Part shown: in pieces, positions 28,274 to 37,132 of the stretch | How positions within the stretch are numbered: position 1 is the stretch's first letter | Layout of the letters: every line of letters begins with the position of its first letter | DNA from: Candidatus Bipolaricaulota bacterium | GTDB lineage: Bacteria; Bipolaricaulota; Bipolaricaulia; UBA7950; UBA9294 | DNA: 64,000 bases | Direction: 5' to 3' | NCBI GenBank assembly: GCA_027007005.1 | Contig: JALTFO010000024.1 | Span: 6,619-70,618, forward strand | Position numbers and translations under genes: made by a program | The notes under the pieces: generated by a model | Told to the model about the DNA's origin: nothing | The model's database searches: none | What the model saw: the letters and a program-made list of their open reading frames with translations, nothing else

Positions 28274-29053
28274 TTAATGCTCACGCCAGGCGGGAAATTC
28301 CTCTCGGTACCTGTGAAGGCGCTCAAGGTCGAGCGTCGCTCGCAGCACCGCTTCTTCGCCACCGAGAGATGCAACGGTGACACCCCACGGATCGACAACC
28401 ATGCTTCGCCCCAGAAGCCGACCGCCCGTGCCATCGCAGGCGATGACGTAGGCCTGGTTTTCCACCGCGCGCGCGTGACACAAGGCCGCCCAGGCTTCCA
28501 TGCGCGTGATCGGCCATGCTGCCGGGACAACGAACACCTCAGCTCCCGCTGTGGCCATCCCAGAAAACAGCTCGGGGAAGCGTAGATCGTAGCAGATCGC
28601 TATTCCGAGTTGCGCAGAAGGCATTGCGAAGGTCGGCGCATCAGTTTCTGAGGAGAGCAAATCACGTTCCTGTGAGTGGTAAGATAGCAGGTGTGACTTG
28701 CGGTACCGGCCGATCAGGTTACCCGTCCGATCGAAGAGGGGAGAGGTATTGAAATAAATGCCATTCTCCTTTTCGATGATGCTTCCTCCAACCACGTAAG
28801 CTGATAGCAGCCGCGCTTGTCTGGCAAGGAATCTGGCCGTCTCGCCGGTCATTGTCTCCGATCTCTTCTTGTAGAGCGAGAAGTTGGAGTAGCCGAAGCG
28901 CCATAGCTCTGGAAGAACGATAAGATCTGCCCCAGAAGCCTGCCTCGCGAGGAGCTTCTCTACTCGGCTTAGACGCAGCGTATCACTCTCTTCATCGGCC
29001 CCGAGTTGCAGCAAAGCCACATCCAATAGGCCTTTATGTGTTGTTTCAACCAT
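28274..29053 (-). CDS. Carbon-nitrogen hydrolase (nitrilase/omega-amidase superfamily)
   Basis: The Glu-Lys-Cys triad contexts are present (LIVLPELW, YRKSHL, LGIAICYDLRFPE). The internal ATG at 29053 (MVETTHKG...) is the more likely start than 29212. Confidence 0.8.
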   Translation of the reverse strand: MVETTHKGLLDVALLQLGADEESDTLRLSRVEKLLARQASGADLIVLPELWRFGYSNFSLYKKRSETMTGETARFLARQARLLSAYVVGGSIIEKENGIYFNTSPLFDRTGNLIGRYRKSHLLSYHSQERDLLSSETDAPTFAMPSAQLGIAICYDLRFPELFSGMATAGAEVFVVPAAWPITRMEAWAALCHARAVENQAYVIACDGTGGRLLGRSMVVDPWGVTVASLGGEEAVLRATLDLERLHRYREEFPAWREH

Positions 29054-29122
29054 AGTCAACTTCAGTTTATCGAGCAATGGAATCTTGTGCAAATGAATCT
29101 TCTGAGGTGATTTGGTTTTTGC

Positions 29123-29138
29123 TGTGATATCTGTTACA
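29123..29138. promoter_or_regulatory. CRP/FNR-like palindrome in the divergent intergenic region
   Basis: The sequence TGTGA-N6-TTACA has one mismatch to TGTGA-N6-TCACA. It overlaps a candidate promoter, TTGGTT-N17-TACAAT (29112-29140), reading toward the Crp-family gene. Confidence 0.35.
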
Positions 29139-29229
29139 ATGGCGGACGCTTGACCATGTAATTGGGGTGATGGAAGGATGGAAGAAAAGAGACAAGTGCG
29201 GCAGTAAACCATGGTGAATGGGGGTGGCC

Positions 29230-29904
29230 ATGATTGACCTCAAGGATTTTCGCATCTTCTCTGACCTTAAGGAGAAAGAGATTCAAAAGCTACGGGAGGC
29301 TTCTCGCAAGATCAAGTACGGTCGCGGAGAGATTATTTTCCAGGAGGGAGCACCGGCGTTTGGTTTTTACCTTGTCTTTGAAGGGATGGTTAAACTTGTC
29401 AAGCGCAGCATGCGGGCCAAGAGCCAGATCTTGAAGATAGTTGGCCCTGGGGAGATCCTTGGTGAGACAACCCTGTTTGACAAGGGAAGCCACAACGCGT
29501 ATGCCAAGACACTTGAGCCGGTAATAGTTGGTTTCATTGAACGCGGAGACTTTTTCTACTTCCTTGAGCGTCACCCAAAGACGATTTTTCGCCTGTACGA
29601 GAAACTGTCGGAGGAGTTGAAAGCTTTCCAGAACAAGCTTGCGGAGAGATCGTATTCCTCAAGTAAGGAACGCTTAGCTCGCCTGATATTGCATCTTGGG
29701 AAGAGCGGCGTTGAGCTCTCTCGTGCCGAACTGGCAGAGATGGCCGGCGTCTCTTCAAAGACAGCAATCCGAACGTTAAGTGAGCTTGAGAGCCGCGGAA
29801 TCATTGCCATTGAGAGCCGCAAGATCAAGATCTTACGTGAGGAATACCTGCAGAAGATCATGGAGCCTTTCTCCATAAGCCTCAATCCCAACCTCATTAT
29901 TTAG
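29230..29904 (+). CDS. Crp/Fnr-family transcriptional regulator
   Basis: It has a cNMP-binding-like beta barrel (GEIIFQEGAPAFGFYLVFEGMVKL...GPGEILGE) and a C-terminal HTH (RAELAEMAGVSSKTAIRTLSELESRGII). The start could be ATG 29230 or ATG 29218. Confidence 0.85.
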   Translation: MIDLKDFRIFSDLKEKEIQKLREASRKIKYGRGEIIFQEGAPAFGFYLVFEGMVKLVKRSMRAKSQILKIVGPGEILGETTLFDKGSHNAYAKTLEPVIVGFIERGDFFYFLERHPKTIFRLYEKLSEELKAFQNKLAERSYSSSKERLARLILHLGKSGVELSRAELAEMAGVSSKTAIRTLSELESRGIIAIESRKIKILREEYLQKIMEPFSISLNPNLII

Positions 29905-29973
29905 ACGCCGAAGAGTAAATACCTGGAGTTTGAGAAGAAGGTCTCCTGGTACGGTGATCACTGTCCTTCCAAG

Positions 29974-31908
29974 TTGTCCGTTACGTATCTACAGTTGTTC
30001 CAGACATTTGTCTTTGCTAATGGAGGGTTATTGTGCCCCGTTGACAAGGGTAGGCGACCAGTGACGAGCAGACTGAATAAAACAGAGAAGATTGTTATCA
30101 GCATCGTTACGTACGGTATGGCTGTCTTGGCGGTGATCCTTGTATTTATCTCAGGATATCGCCCTGTTGGTCTAGTTTTTGCTGTACTTGCAATTCCCCT
30201 TGTGCTAGTTGCCACCGTACTCAAACTTAAGGGAGGGATTGCCCTCGCATTAGTGACAAGCGCAATTGCTGTTCCGTTTCTTGTCCTTGAGCTGCATGAG
30301 ACTGGATTATTCTTTGTCTTTCTTGTGATGTCTCTCGTTATCGGCGGAGGGATTGGGACCATCAACCAGCATCGCGAAGCAAGGAAGGATCGCTGGCGAC
30401 GCTCGAAAACACTTGATGACCAATTTGACGACCAGATATTCGAGGCTGCGCTGAACATCCTGCACTTCATCGACAAAGATGGGACAATCCTCAAGAGAAA
30501 CGAGGCATCGCGCTCGGTCCTTGGATATCCGACAAAGCGCACACTGCAGCTATCCGAGTACGTTCACCCCGACGATATCGACCAGATGAAGGCGGAGCTC
30601 CTGCGTCTGTTCGAGCGGGGGGAGGTCCGCGATGTCAAGGTGCGCTTCATCTCGCAGGATAGAAACATCATCCCTGTGGAGCTACGGGCAACGCGGGTGA
30701 CAGAGCGAGTGGGAGTGATGGATGCCAGCGATCTGAGACGCCAGGTCGAGCTGCAGCGACAGCTGATGGAGACCGAGGCGCGCTACCGTTACTTGATCGA
30801 AGAGGCGGTCGATACCCTCGACTCGGGGATCATCATCTCGGACAAGAAGCAGCAGGTGGTGTGGGCGAACAAGACGGTGGGCGAATTCTTCGGGATAGAT
30901 CGAGATCGACTGATTGGGATTGATATTCACCGCGCGTTCGATCGCTACGTCAATGTTTTTGAAGACTCTCAGGAGCTACGTACCCGCGTTGAGCAAGCAA
31001 TTAACACGCGTGAACGGATCGACCCATACACGTGCCACGTTCGTCCAAGCATGGGGCGTGAAGAACGTATCTTGGAGTACCGGTCCATCCCCATTGAGAC
31101 TGAGCGCTACAAGGGAGGACGGATCGAGCACTACATAGACATCACCAAGATTAAGCAGTTGGAAGAGGGGCTGCTGGAGAAGACAAAGAAGTTAGAGAAG
31201 AGCAACGAGAAGCTTGAGCAGTTCTCACATGTAGTCTCTCATGACCTCAAGGAGCCGGCGCGTACGGTGGAGGCATTTAGTGGCTTCCTCCTCGAAGACT
31301 ATCAGGACAAGCTAGACGAAGAGGGAGTGGACTACCTGCAACGGATGAAGAAGGCCGCGGGGCGTATGCGCGAGCTGATTAACGATCTGCTGAAGTTCTC
31401 CAGCATCCACATGGATCGTGCGTCATTCGAGCGCGTGAATCTACAAAAGGTGTTAAAAGAGCTCAAAGATGACCTGGAGGTACGCCTGCGCGGGGTTAAC
31501 CTACAGATTGATGACGACATGCCTGCCGTGCGCGGAAGCCGAATCCGTATTGCTGAGCTATTCAGCAACCTAATCATAAATGCGATCAAGTACAACGATA
31601 AAGCCCTTCCTACACTACATGTGGGTTGGGTGAAGGAATCGAAGAACACCGGTATGTGTACGTTCTTTGTGCAAGATAACGGAATAGGTATTGAAGAGCG
31701 TTATCAAGAGCGCATCTTCGCCATATTTGAAAAGTTGAACCCAAGAGAGGATTATGAGGGTACTGGCGCCGGGCTGGCGATCTGCAAACGGATCGTCGAG
31801 GAACACAAGGGAGAGATCTGGGTAAAATCGGAAGTTGGAAAAGGGAGTACGTTCTACTTTACAATACCCAGGGCAGATGCCAGGAGAGAGGTGGAGTCAA
31901 ATGCTTAG
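29974..31908 (+). CDS. Membrane-bound PAS-domain sensor histidine kinase
   Basis: It has N-terminal TM helices, two PAS-like segments, a HisKA domain (FSHVVSHDLKEP) and a HATPase_c domain (DNGIGI, GTGAGLAICKRIV). The exact start is uncertain. Confidence 0.85.
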   Translation: MSVTYLQLFQTFVFANGGLLCPVDKGRRPVTSRLNKTEKIVISIVTYGMAVLAVILVFISGYRPVGLVFAVLAIPLVLVATVLKLKGGIALALVTSAIAVPFLVLELHETGLFFVFLVMSLVIGGGIGTINQHREARKDRWRRSKTLDDQFDDQIFEAALNILHFIDKDGTILKRNEASRSVLGYPTKRTLQLSEYVHPDDIDQMKAELLRLFERGEVRDVKVRFISQDRNIIPVELRATRVTERVGVMDASDLRRQVELQRQLMETEARYRYLIEEAVDTLDSGIIISDKKQQVVWANKTVGEFFGIDRDRLIGIDIHRAFDRYVNVFEDSQELRTRVEQAINTRERIDPYTCHVRPSMGREERILEYRSIPIETERYKGGRIEHYIDITKIKQLEEGLLEKTKKLEKSNEKLEQFSHVVSHDLKEPARTVEAFSGFLLEDYQDKLDEEGVDYLQRMKKAAGRMRELINDLLKFSSIHMDRASFERVNLQKVLKELKDDLEVRLRGVNLQIDDDMPAVRGSRIRIAELFSNLIINAIKYNDKALPTLHVGWVKESKNTGMCTFFVQDNGIGIEERYQERIFAIFEKLNPREDYEGTGAGLAICKRIVEEHKGEIWVKSEVGKGSTFYFTIPRADARREVESNA

Positions 31909-32338
31909 CCAAGAAAAAATGAAGGTCCTTGTTGTAGAAGATAATCCTGATGATATCACCATCATCAAGCGTGCCATGCGTAAGAGCGAGATGAAGTGCG
32001 ATCTGTCTTTTGCTCGTGATGGAGAGGAAGCAATCGACTTCCTGTGGCGTAGCAAGAGTGAGTACGAAGACGCTCCTCGGCCCGATGTGATTCTTCTCGA
32101 CCTCAATCTACCCAAGATTAAGGGTCTCGAAGTACTGGCAAAGATCAAGAATGACGAAAAGTTACGGCGGATTCCGGTTATTGTCCTCACGGTATCTGAG
32201 GCAGAACAAGACATGATCAGAGCCTACGACAGTGGCGCTGCAAGCTACATGCACAAGCCCGTCGACTCCAAGGACTTCGAGCGTCTCATCCAGACTGTTC
32301 AGGATTACTGGCGAATCGCACGTATCCCCTCAGAATAA
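31901..32338 (+). CDS. Single-domain response regulator (receiver only)
   Basis: It has VLVVEDNPDD, DVILLDLNLPK and the conserved T/K positions, with no output domain. The ATG at 31901 overlaps the kinase stop (ATGCTTAG). Confidence 0.85.
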   Translation: MLSQEKMKVLVVEDNPDDITIIKRAMRKSEMKCDLSFARDGEEAIDFLWRSKSEYEDAPRPDVILLDLNLPKIKGLEVLAKIKNDEKLRRIPVIVLTVSEAEQDMIRAYDSGAASYMHKPVDSKDFERLIQTVQDYWRIARIPSE

Positions 32339-32688
32339 TAACGCCCGAGTATGGTCTTAGGTGGACACCTGACCCCAGAATAACTTACCGGTGCCTCGTC
32401 TGTGCGTATTGAACGAACAACATGCATAGCACCTCTGCCCTCGCTGTATGTCCTGCGCAGAACTATCCTCTCTCCAAGCTAAAGACAAGGAGCAAGAGAT
32501 GGGCAAAGCGGGCTTAGAATCGGGTGCTTTACGTAACGAGAAAAGCTTGCTACCTCCTTACCAGTTCTCGCTGTCGTCGAGAGCGCAGCGATCACAACCA
32601 TCCCTTTGTTCTAGAGTACTACAGCCGCATGCTGTTCTTCGAGCGCTCATGAAGAAGATGCCGTAGGGCAGCCAACGGTTCTTACCCC

Positions 32689-32724
32689 GGGAAGGTGGGT
32701 GCTAAGCAGCAGGCCCACCTTCCC
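32689..32724. terminator. Strong hairpin downstream of convergent transcription units
   Basis: It has 11-bp perfect arms (GGGAAGGTGGG / CCCACCTTCCC) and a 14-nt loop, with no clear U-tract on either strand. Confidence 0.5.
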
Positions 32725-32739
32725 TAGCCCCTTTCAGGC

Positions 32740-33486
32740 CTATCTTTTCCCCATTGTATAGTCATATATCTCACGCGCCAGTGAAAGGGCAAGTTGGCGC
32801 CCAGTGTTATCAAGATCAGTCCCCGCAAGTGCTGCGAGCTCCCGTGCCTGCGGGAGAACTGCCTGTGGAACGATGCCTGCTCCATACGGGTGATCGGCTG
32901 GTCCAAGAAGAATTTCGCTCAGACTAGAATCGAGCTTGACGAGGTCTTTCTGCGTTAGGATAGTACGCATGGAAAATGCAACAGCAAAGTTCCACTGCTG
33001 ATTTCCAGTATAGGTATCTAGCGTTGATGAAAACAACTTCTCGAGTTCCTTACTTTCATCCGATATCGCAACGAACAGGCCGTCATCGGCTGCCTGCTTG
33101 AATGTGTCGAGATCGACCGCGGTGAGAGATGCTAGTACAGAGATCGTGTCATGATATGTTTGGCAGGACGTGTCAGTGGTCTGACGCAGGTGAGCAAGCC
33201 TTGTTACTTGCTCGATCCGCTGCGAGTCGGTCTGGGTGATAATCTCGACTTGCAGTGTACTTAGATCATCCTGCAGCTGCGGACAAGCCCCCACAAGATC
33301 GGGGGGAATGACGATCTTTGTTCCTGCAAAGAGGAAGTTAGCATACGACTTATATAGGGTGTAGAGTGGGGCAAATGCGGAGTAAGTATCAGCAAAATCC
33401 GAGCCAACAGAGGCGGGAGAGGAAAGCCCACTCGCCGATACCAACAGACATAAAGCAACTGCTACAAGCATGATCTGTCTCTTCAT
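32740..33486 (-). CDS. Secreted hypothetical protein
   Basis: From the ATG at 33486 it has a signal peptide (MKRQIMLVAVALCLLVSASG). I recognise no family. Confidence 0.6.
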   Translation of the reverse strand: MKRQIMLVAVALCLLVSASGLSSPASVGSDFADTYSAFAPLYTLYKSYANFLFAGTKIVIPPDLVGACPQLQDDLSTLQVEIITQTDSQRIEQVTRLAHLRQTTDTSCQTYHDTISVLASLTAVDLDTFKQAADDGLFVAISDESKELEKLFSSTLDTYTGNQQWNFAVAFSMRTILTQKDLVKLDSSLSEILLGPADHPYGAGIVPQAVLPQARELAALAGTDLDNTGRQLALSLAREIYDYTMGKR

Positions 33487-33683
33487 GACACCATTGTAGT
33501 CCACAAATAGTGGCAGGCAAGGTCTGCCTGTGATGGCTCTTCAACGTTGGGCTAGCAGCATCTACAGGTCCTATTGCGCACCTTTTGCGGTTCCCAAGGA
33601 CAGTACGCGCTAGTGATCAGTGTCTCAGTTCGATGTCGGAGCTTTCATCCCTTTCTCTTTCGCAGCGGCATACGCTTGAGTTT

Positions 33684-34898
33684 ATGGACAAGATCGAAAT
33701 CATTGCACGTGCATCACAATTACATGGAAAGCAGGAGATGGATCGGCTCAAGCAGAAGATCATCGCTGACATTGCTGCAGCGGGAAACCTGAGCCTGGAA
33801 GAGGTGGCCTTCCCATCGGGCGAAGGGGTCACCGCCATCCTGGTACTTACCGGTGGAGTAGAACGGGAAGTGCTGAAGGTGGCGTCGCAGATGCCTTCTC
33901 CGATCATACTGATTGCCCATCCTGCACAAAATTCCCTTCCTGCATCGCTGGAGATCCTTGCACGCATTCGCCAGGATGGAGGAAACGGAGAGATTCTCTT
34001 CGGAACCGCCGATGCGATAGCAGATGGCCTTAAGAGGGAGTTGCGCATCAACTCAGCCTGGGAGACACTGCGGTTCAGCCGCGTCGGAATGATTGGTGAG
34101 CCGTCAGATTGGCTGGTAGCAAGCGACGTCGATCGTGCGTTCCTCAAGGGGCAGATAGGGGTTGACCTCATCAATGTGTCGATCGATGAATTGGTGGAAG
34201 AGACTCTCGCACATAAACCGAGCCGGAGCGCTATCGGAAAGTTCACAAAGCAAGCACAGAGCGTTGAGGAACCAAACAAGGCTGATCTGAATGGTAGCGT
34301 CGCTATCTACGAAGGATTGCGTTCGATCATCGACAAGTATCGCCTCTCCGCATGCACGGTCCGATGCTTCGACTTGGTGGAGCGGTTGCACAACACTGGT
34401 TGCTACGCCCTCTCTCGCTTGAACGACGAACAGATCGTTGCTGGATGTGAAGGAGACATGCAAGCCATGTTTTCCATGTATCTTGGATATCTCCTTTCTG
34501 GAGGAGCTACATTCATGGCTAATGTCGCCTCTATTGATACAAACGATCGGAAGATGATTATCGCCCATTGTACTTGTCCACTCTCGTTATCCACCGGCTT
34601 TGTCATTCGTAGCCACTTCGAGTCAAGTATTGGCGTGGGGATTGCTGCGCAGATCCCTCCTGGTCCATGTACCCTATTTCGCCTTGGCGGAAGCAGGCTA
34701 AATCGACTCTTTGTACGCGAGGGCACGATCACAGGATCGCTTTCGCGTGAGGACCTTTGCCGCACACAGGTGACACTGTCAATCGATGGGTCACTTGATC
34801 CGCTCCTCTCATCCCCATTGGGAAACCATCACGTTCTGATCCCTGGCCACTACCGCGACACAATTGAGAGCTTCTTCAACCGTTTTCTCAGCCAATAG
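33684..34898 (+). CDS. L-fucose/L-arabinose isomerase-like family protein
   Basis: Its overall resemblance is to COG2407-type isomerases (N-terminal Rossmann-like 'ILVLTGG', C-terminal 'GCEGDMQAM...FMANV...HC' segment). The start (33684, 33633 or 33585) is uncertain. Confidence 0.55.
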   Translation: MDKIEIIARASQLHGKQEMDRLKQKIIADIAAAGNLSLEEVAFPSGEGVTAILVLTGGVEREVLKVASQMPSPIILIAHPAQNSLPASLEILARIRQDGGNGEILFGTADAIADGLKRELRINSAWETLRFSRVGMIGEPSDWLVASDVDRAFLKGQIGVDLINVSIDELVEETLAHKPSRSAIGKFTKQAQSVEEPNKADLNGSVAIYEGLRSIIDKYRLSACTVRCFDLVERLHNTGCYALSRLNDEQIVAGCEGDMQAMFSMYLGYLLSGGATFMANVASIDTNDRKMIIAHCTCPLSLSTGFVIRSHFESSIGVGIAAQIPPGPCTLFRLGGSRLNRLFVREGTITGSLSREDLCRTQVTLSIDGSLDPLLSSPLGNHHVLIPGHYRDTIESFFNRFLSQ

Positions 34899-34922
34899 CA
34901 CTTGGCAAGTCGTGCGCAGGAG

Positions 34923-34965
34923 TTGTGATAAGACAAGCGGCAAGCTACCATCAGTGTTATCACAA
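34923..34965. promoter_or_regulatory. Inverted repeat upstream of the DUF3467 gene
   Basis: TTGTGATAA (34923-34931) and TTATCACAA (34957-34965) form perfect 9-bp arms separated by 25 nt, ending 18 nt before the ATG at 34984. Confidence 0.35.
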
Positions 34966-34983
34966 TAAGGTGGTGAAAAGAAT

Positions 34984-35262
34984 ATGCCCAATAGAGAGAT
35001 GCAGATTACAGCCGACAATGAGACCCGTCGTGGAGCTTATTCCAACCTTGCCCTGATCTCACACCGCAAGGAGGAGTTCGTCGTTGATTTCTTGTTCATC
35101 GATCCTCAGGCACAGACGGCTAAGGCCGATCAAGCGCTACTCGTCTCGCGAATGATCCTTAACCCAGGACATATGAAACGGTTGTATCAGGCAATTGGAG
35201 AAAACATTCAACGCTACGAGAAAAACTTCGGCAAGATTATATTGCCGCCGAAGCTGAAATAA
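34984..35262 (+). CDS. DUF3467-family small protein
   Basis: This 92-aa protein carries the family-typical 'YSNLALISHRKEEFVVDFLF...LVSRMILNPGHMKRL' pattern. An AAGGTGGTG ribosome-binding site lies upstream. Confidence 0.7.
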   Translation: MPNREMQITADNETRRGAYSNLALISHRKEEFVVDFLFIDPQAQTAKADQALLVSRMILNPGHMKRLYQAIGENIQRYEKNFGKIILPPKLK

Positions 35263-35271
35263 GGCAATACT

Positions 35272-36522
35272 GTGGTGAAGGAAAAGGGAACCTTCCCAGG
35301 ACTGAAACACACCATCCTGAAGACGATCTTCGCGCGGCGAATTACGTTGGGAGCGTTCGCCGCGGTTGCATTGATCGTCATGCCAATTGCGGGGATCAGT
35401 TGGTTTAACCCGCTCTTCTATGCCCCGCTTGCTTGGTTCCTGATAACCTTCCCCTTTCAGTACTTGGTGAAGCGCCAAAACAGTGAATCGGCGATTCACT
35501 GGATTCATGCTTCTTACTTCATCGTTGAGGCCGTGGTCATCACGCTATTCGTTTATCTCACCGGCGGGAGCCAATGGATTGGAAACGCGTTCTACATATT
35601 CACCGTGATATACGCCAACTTCTTCCTCCCCGAAGTGCAGGGCTATCTTGTTACCGGCCTGGTTGTTGCTCTCTACGCGTTGGTAGTTATGCTTGAGTAT
35701 GTAGGGATACTTCCGCATCGCTTTCTCTTCCCGGGGATGGGGATGGCCCATACTAGTCTATCTTACAATCTGACCACCATCCTTGTCGGCACAGCGACAA
35801 TCTATGGTGTCCTTACCTACACCGTGCGCTCGTTCACCAACATCTACCAGAGCAAGAACAAGGCTCTCTCTAAGCAGCGGGAGAAGCTCTCTGATCTCTC
35901 TTTGAAGCTCGTATCCGTACAGAACGAAGAGAGGCAACACATAGCACATGAGCTGCACGACAATCTTGGCCAGTCACTTGCCGCAGTGAAGCTTCAGCTT
36001 GCTTCGCTGAGAGACGAGATAGAAGGCTCTCACTTCCGGGAGATTACCGCGATTGTTGATCAAGCAATTGCGCAGACACGCACCCTTGCCTATTCCCTGC
36101 GTCCACCACTTCTTGACGACCTCGGCCTTGCTCCTTCTGTTCGGCGTCTGGCACGGATGGTGGAGGCAGGAACGAATCTCACAGTTACTACGGATCTTGA
36201 AGATGGATTTCGCCTTAACTCAGATATAGAAAGTCTCATCTTTTACGTCATCCGCGAGGCGCTGACAAACGTCGAGCGCCATGCCCAGGCACACCAAGCA
36301 ATAGTTAGCCTTTACAGGAGAGACGACTCAGTGATTGCAACTGTAGAGGATGATGGGATCGGTATTCCAGCAAGGAAACCGCTTGGCCTTGGCCTACGAG
36401 GAGTCGAAGAACGTGTTGATCTGGTGGGAGGGAGCATGAAGATTGCCTCTTCCCCAGGCCAGGGAACGACAATCACAGTGGAGGTGCCTGATGACGCGTG
36501 TGCGCGTGGCAATCGCGGATGA
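35272..36522 (+). CDS. Membrane sensor histidine kinase, NarX/DesK (HisKA_3) type
   Basis: It has about 5 N-terminal TM helices, a HisKA_3 H-box (RQHIAHELHDNLGQ) and a HATPase_c domain (DDGIGI, GLGLRGVEERV). Confidence 0.85.
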   Translation: MVKEKGTFPGLKHTILKTIFARRITLGAFAAVALIVMPIAGISWFNPLFYAPLAWFLITFPFQYLVKRQNSESAIHWIHASYFIVEAVVITLFVYLTGGSQWIGNAFYIFTVIYANFFLPEVQGYLVTGLVVALYALVVMLEYVGILPHRFLFPGMGMAHTSLSYNLTTILVGTATIYGVLTYTVRSFTNIYQSKNKALSKQREKLSDLSLKLVSVQNEERQHIAHELHDNLGQSLAAVKLQLASLRDEIEGSHFREITAIVDQAIAQTRTLAYSLRPPLLDDLGLAPSVRRLARMVEAGTNLTVTTDLEDGFRLNSDIESLIFYVIREALTNVERHAQAHQAIVSLYRRDDSVIATVEDDGIGIPARKPLGLGLRGVEERVDLVGGSMKIASSPGQGTTITVEVPDDACARGNRG

Positions 36523-37075
36523 CCACGCGATCGTTCGCGCTAGCCTAGCTAATCTTCTTTTAAGCTACTCACAGATCGAGGTCGTCGGAACGGCTAATGA
36601 CGGGAAGAGTGCAATCTTCCTTGCCAAGGAAACGAATCCCGATGTTCTCCTGCTTGACATCGTCATGCCCAACCTCAACGGACTGCAAGCGATATCACGC
36701 ATTCAAGATGCTTCCCCAACTACGCATGTCCTCCTCATTTCCATGCACGACGAACCTGAATACCAACAGGAGGCGGTTGCTCGTGGTGCGCAGGGACTTG
36801 TTTCCAAGGCCTCTTCGCCGGAAGATCTTCTGAGGGCAATACTGGCGGCAGCAAGGGGAGAAGTCATGAAAACACCTATTTCTCTCTCCAAACGTGAACG
36901 CGAGGTTCTCTCCTTGATCGGATCAGGAAAGACTAGCGAACAGATTGCGACGGTCCTCTCCATCAGTCAGAAGACCGTCGAGCACCATCGGCAACAGCTC
37001 ATGGATAAGCTGAATATTCATACGGAGGCTGGGCTAGTCGTACATGCGCGGCGAATAAGCGCCTCCGCAAGTTAG
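36491..37075 (+). CDS. NarL/FixJ-family response regulator (receiver plus LuxR HTH)
   Basis: It has VAIADDH, DVLLLDIVMP and LSKREREVLSLIGSGKTSEQIA. The ATG at 36491 follows GGAGG and overlaps the kinase 3' end. Confidence 0.9.
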   Translation: MTRVRVAIADDHAIVRASLANLLLSYSQIEVVGTANDGKSAIFLAKETNPDVLLLDIVMPNLNGLQAISRIQDASPTTHVLLISMHDEPEYQQEAVARGAQGLVSKASSPEDLLRAILAAARGEVMKTPISLSKREREVLSLIGSGKTSEQIATVLSISQKTVEHHRQQLMDKLNIHTEAGLVVHARRISASAS

Positions 37076-37132
37076 TACATTCGCCCTATTTCCCGGTTCC
37101 TCAGTTCTTGATACACTTCTACAGGATCAAGA

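Noticed and set aside
32448-32666. A 72-aa ORF (or 55 aa from the ATG at 32499, which has an AAGGAG RBS) in the long convergent gap
   Set aside because: Its composition is unlike that of the neighbouring proteins and it has no family resemblance. I kept it only as part of the finding about the unexplained gap.
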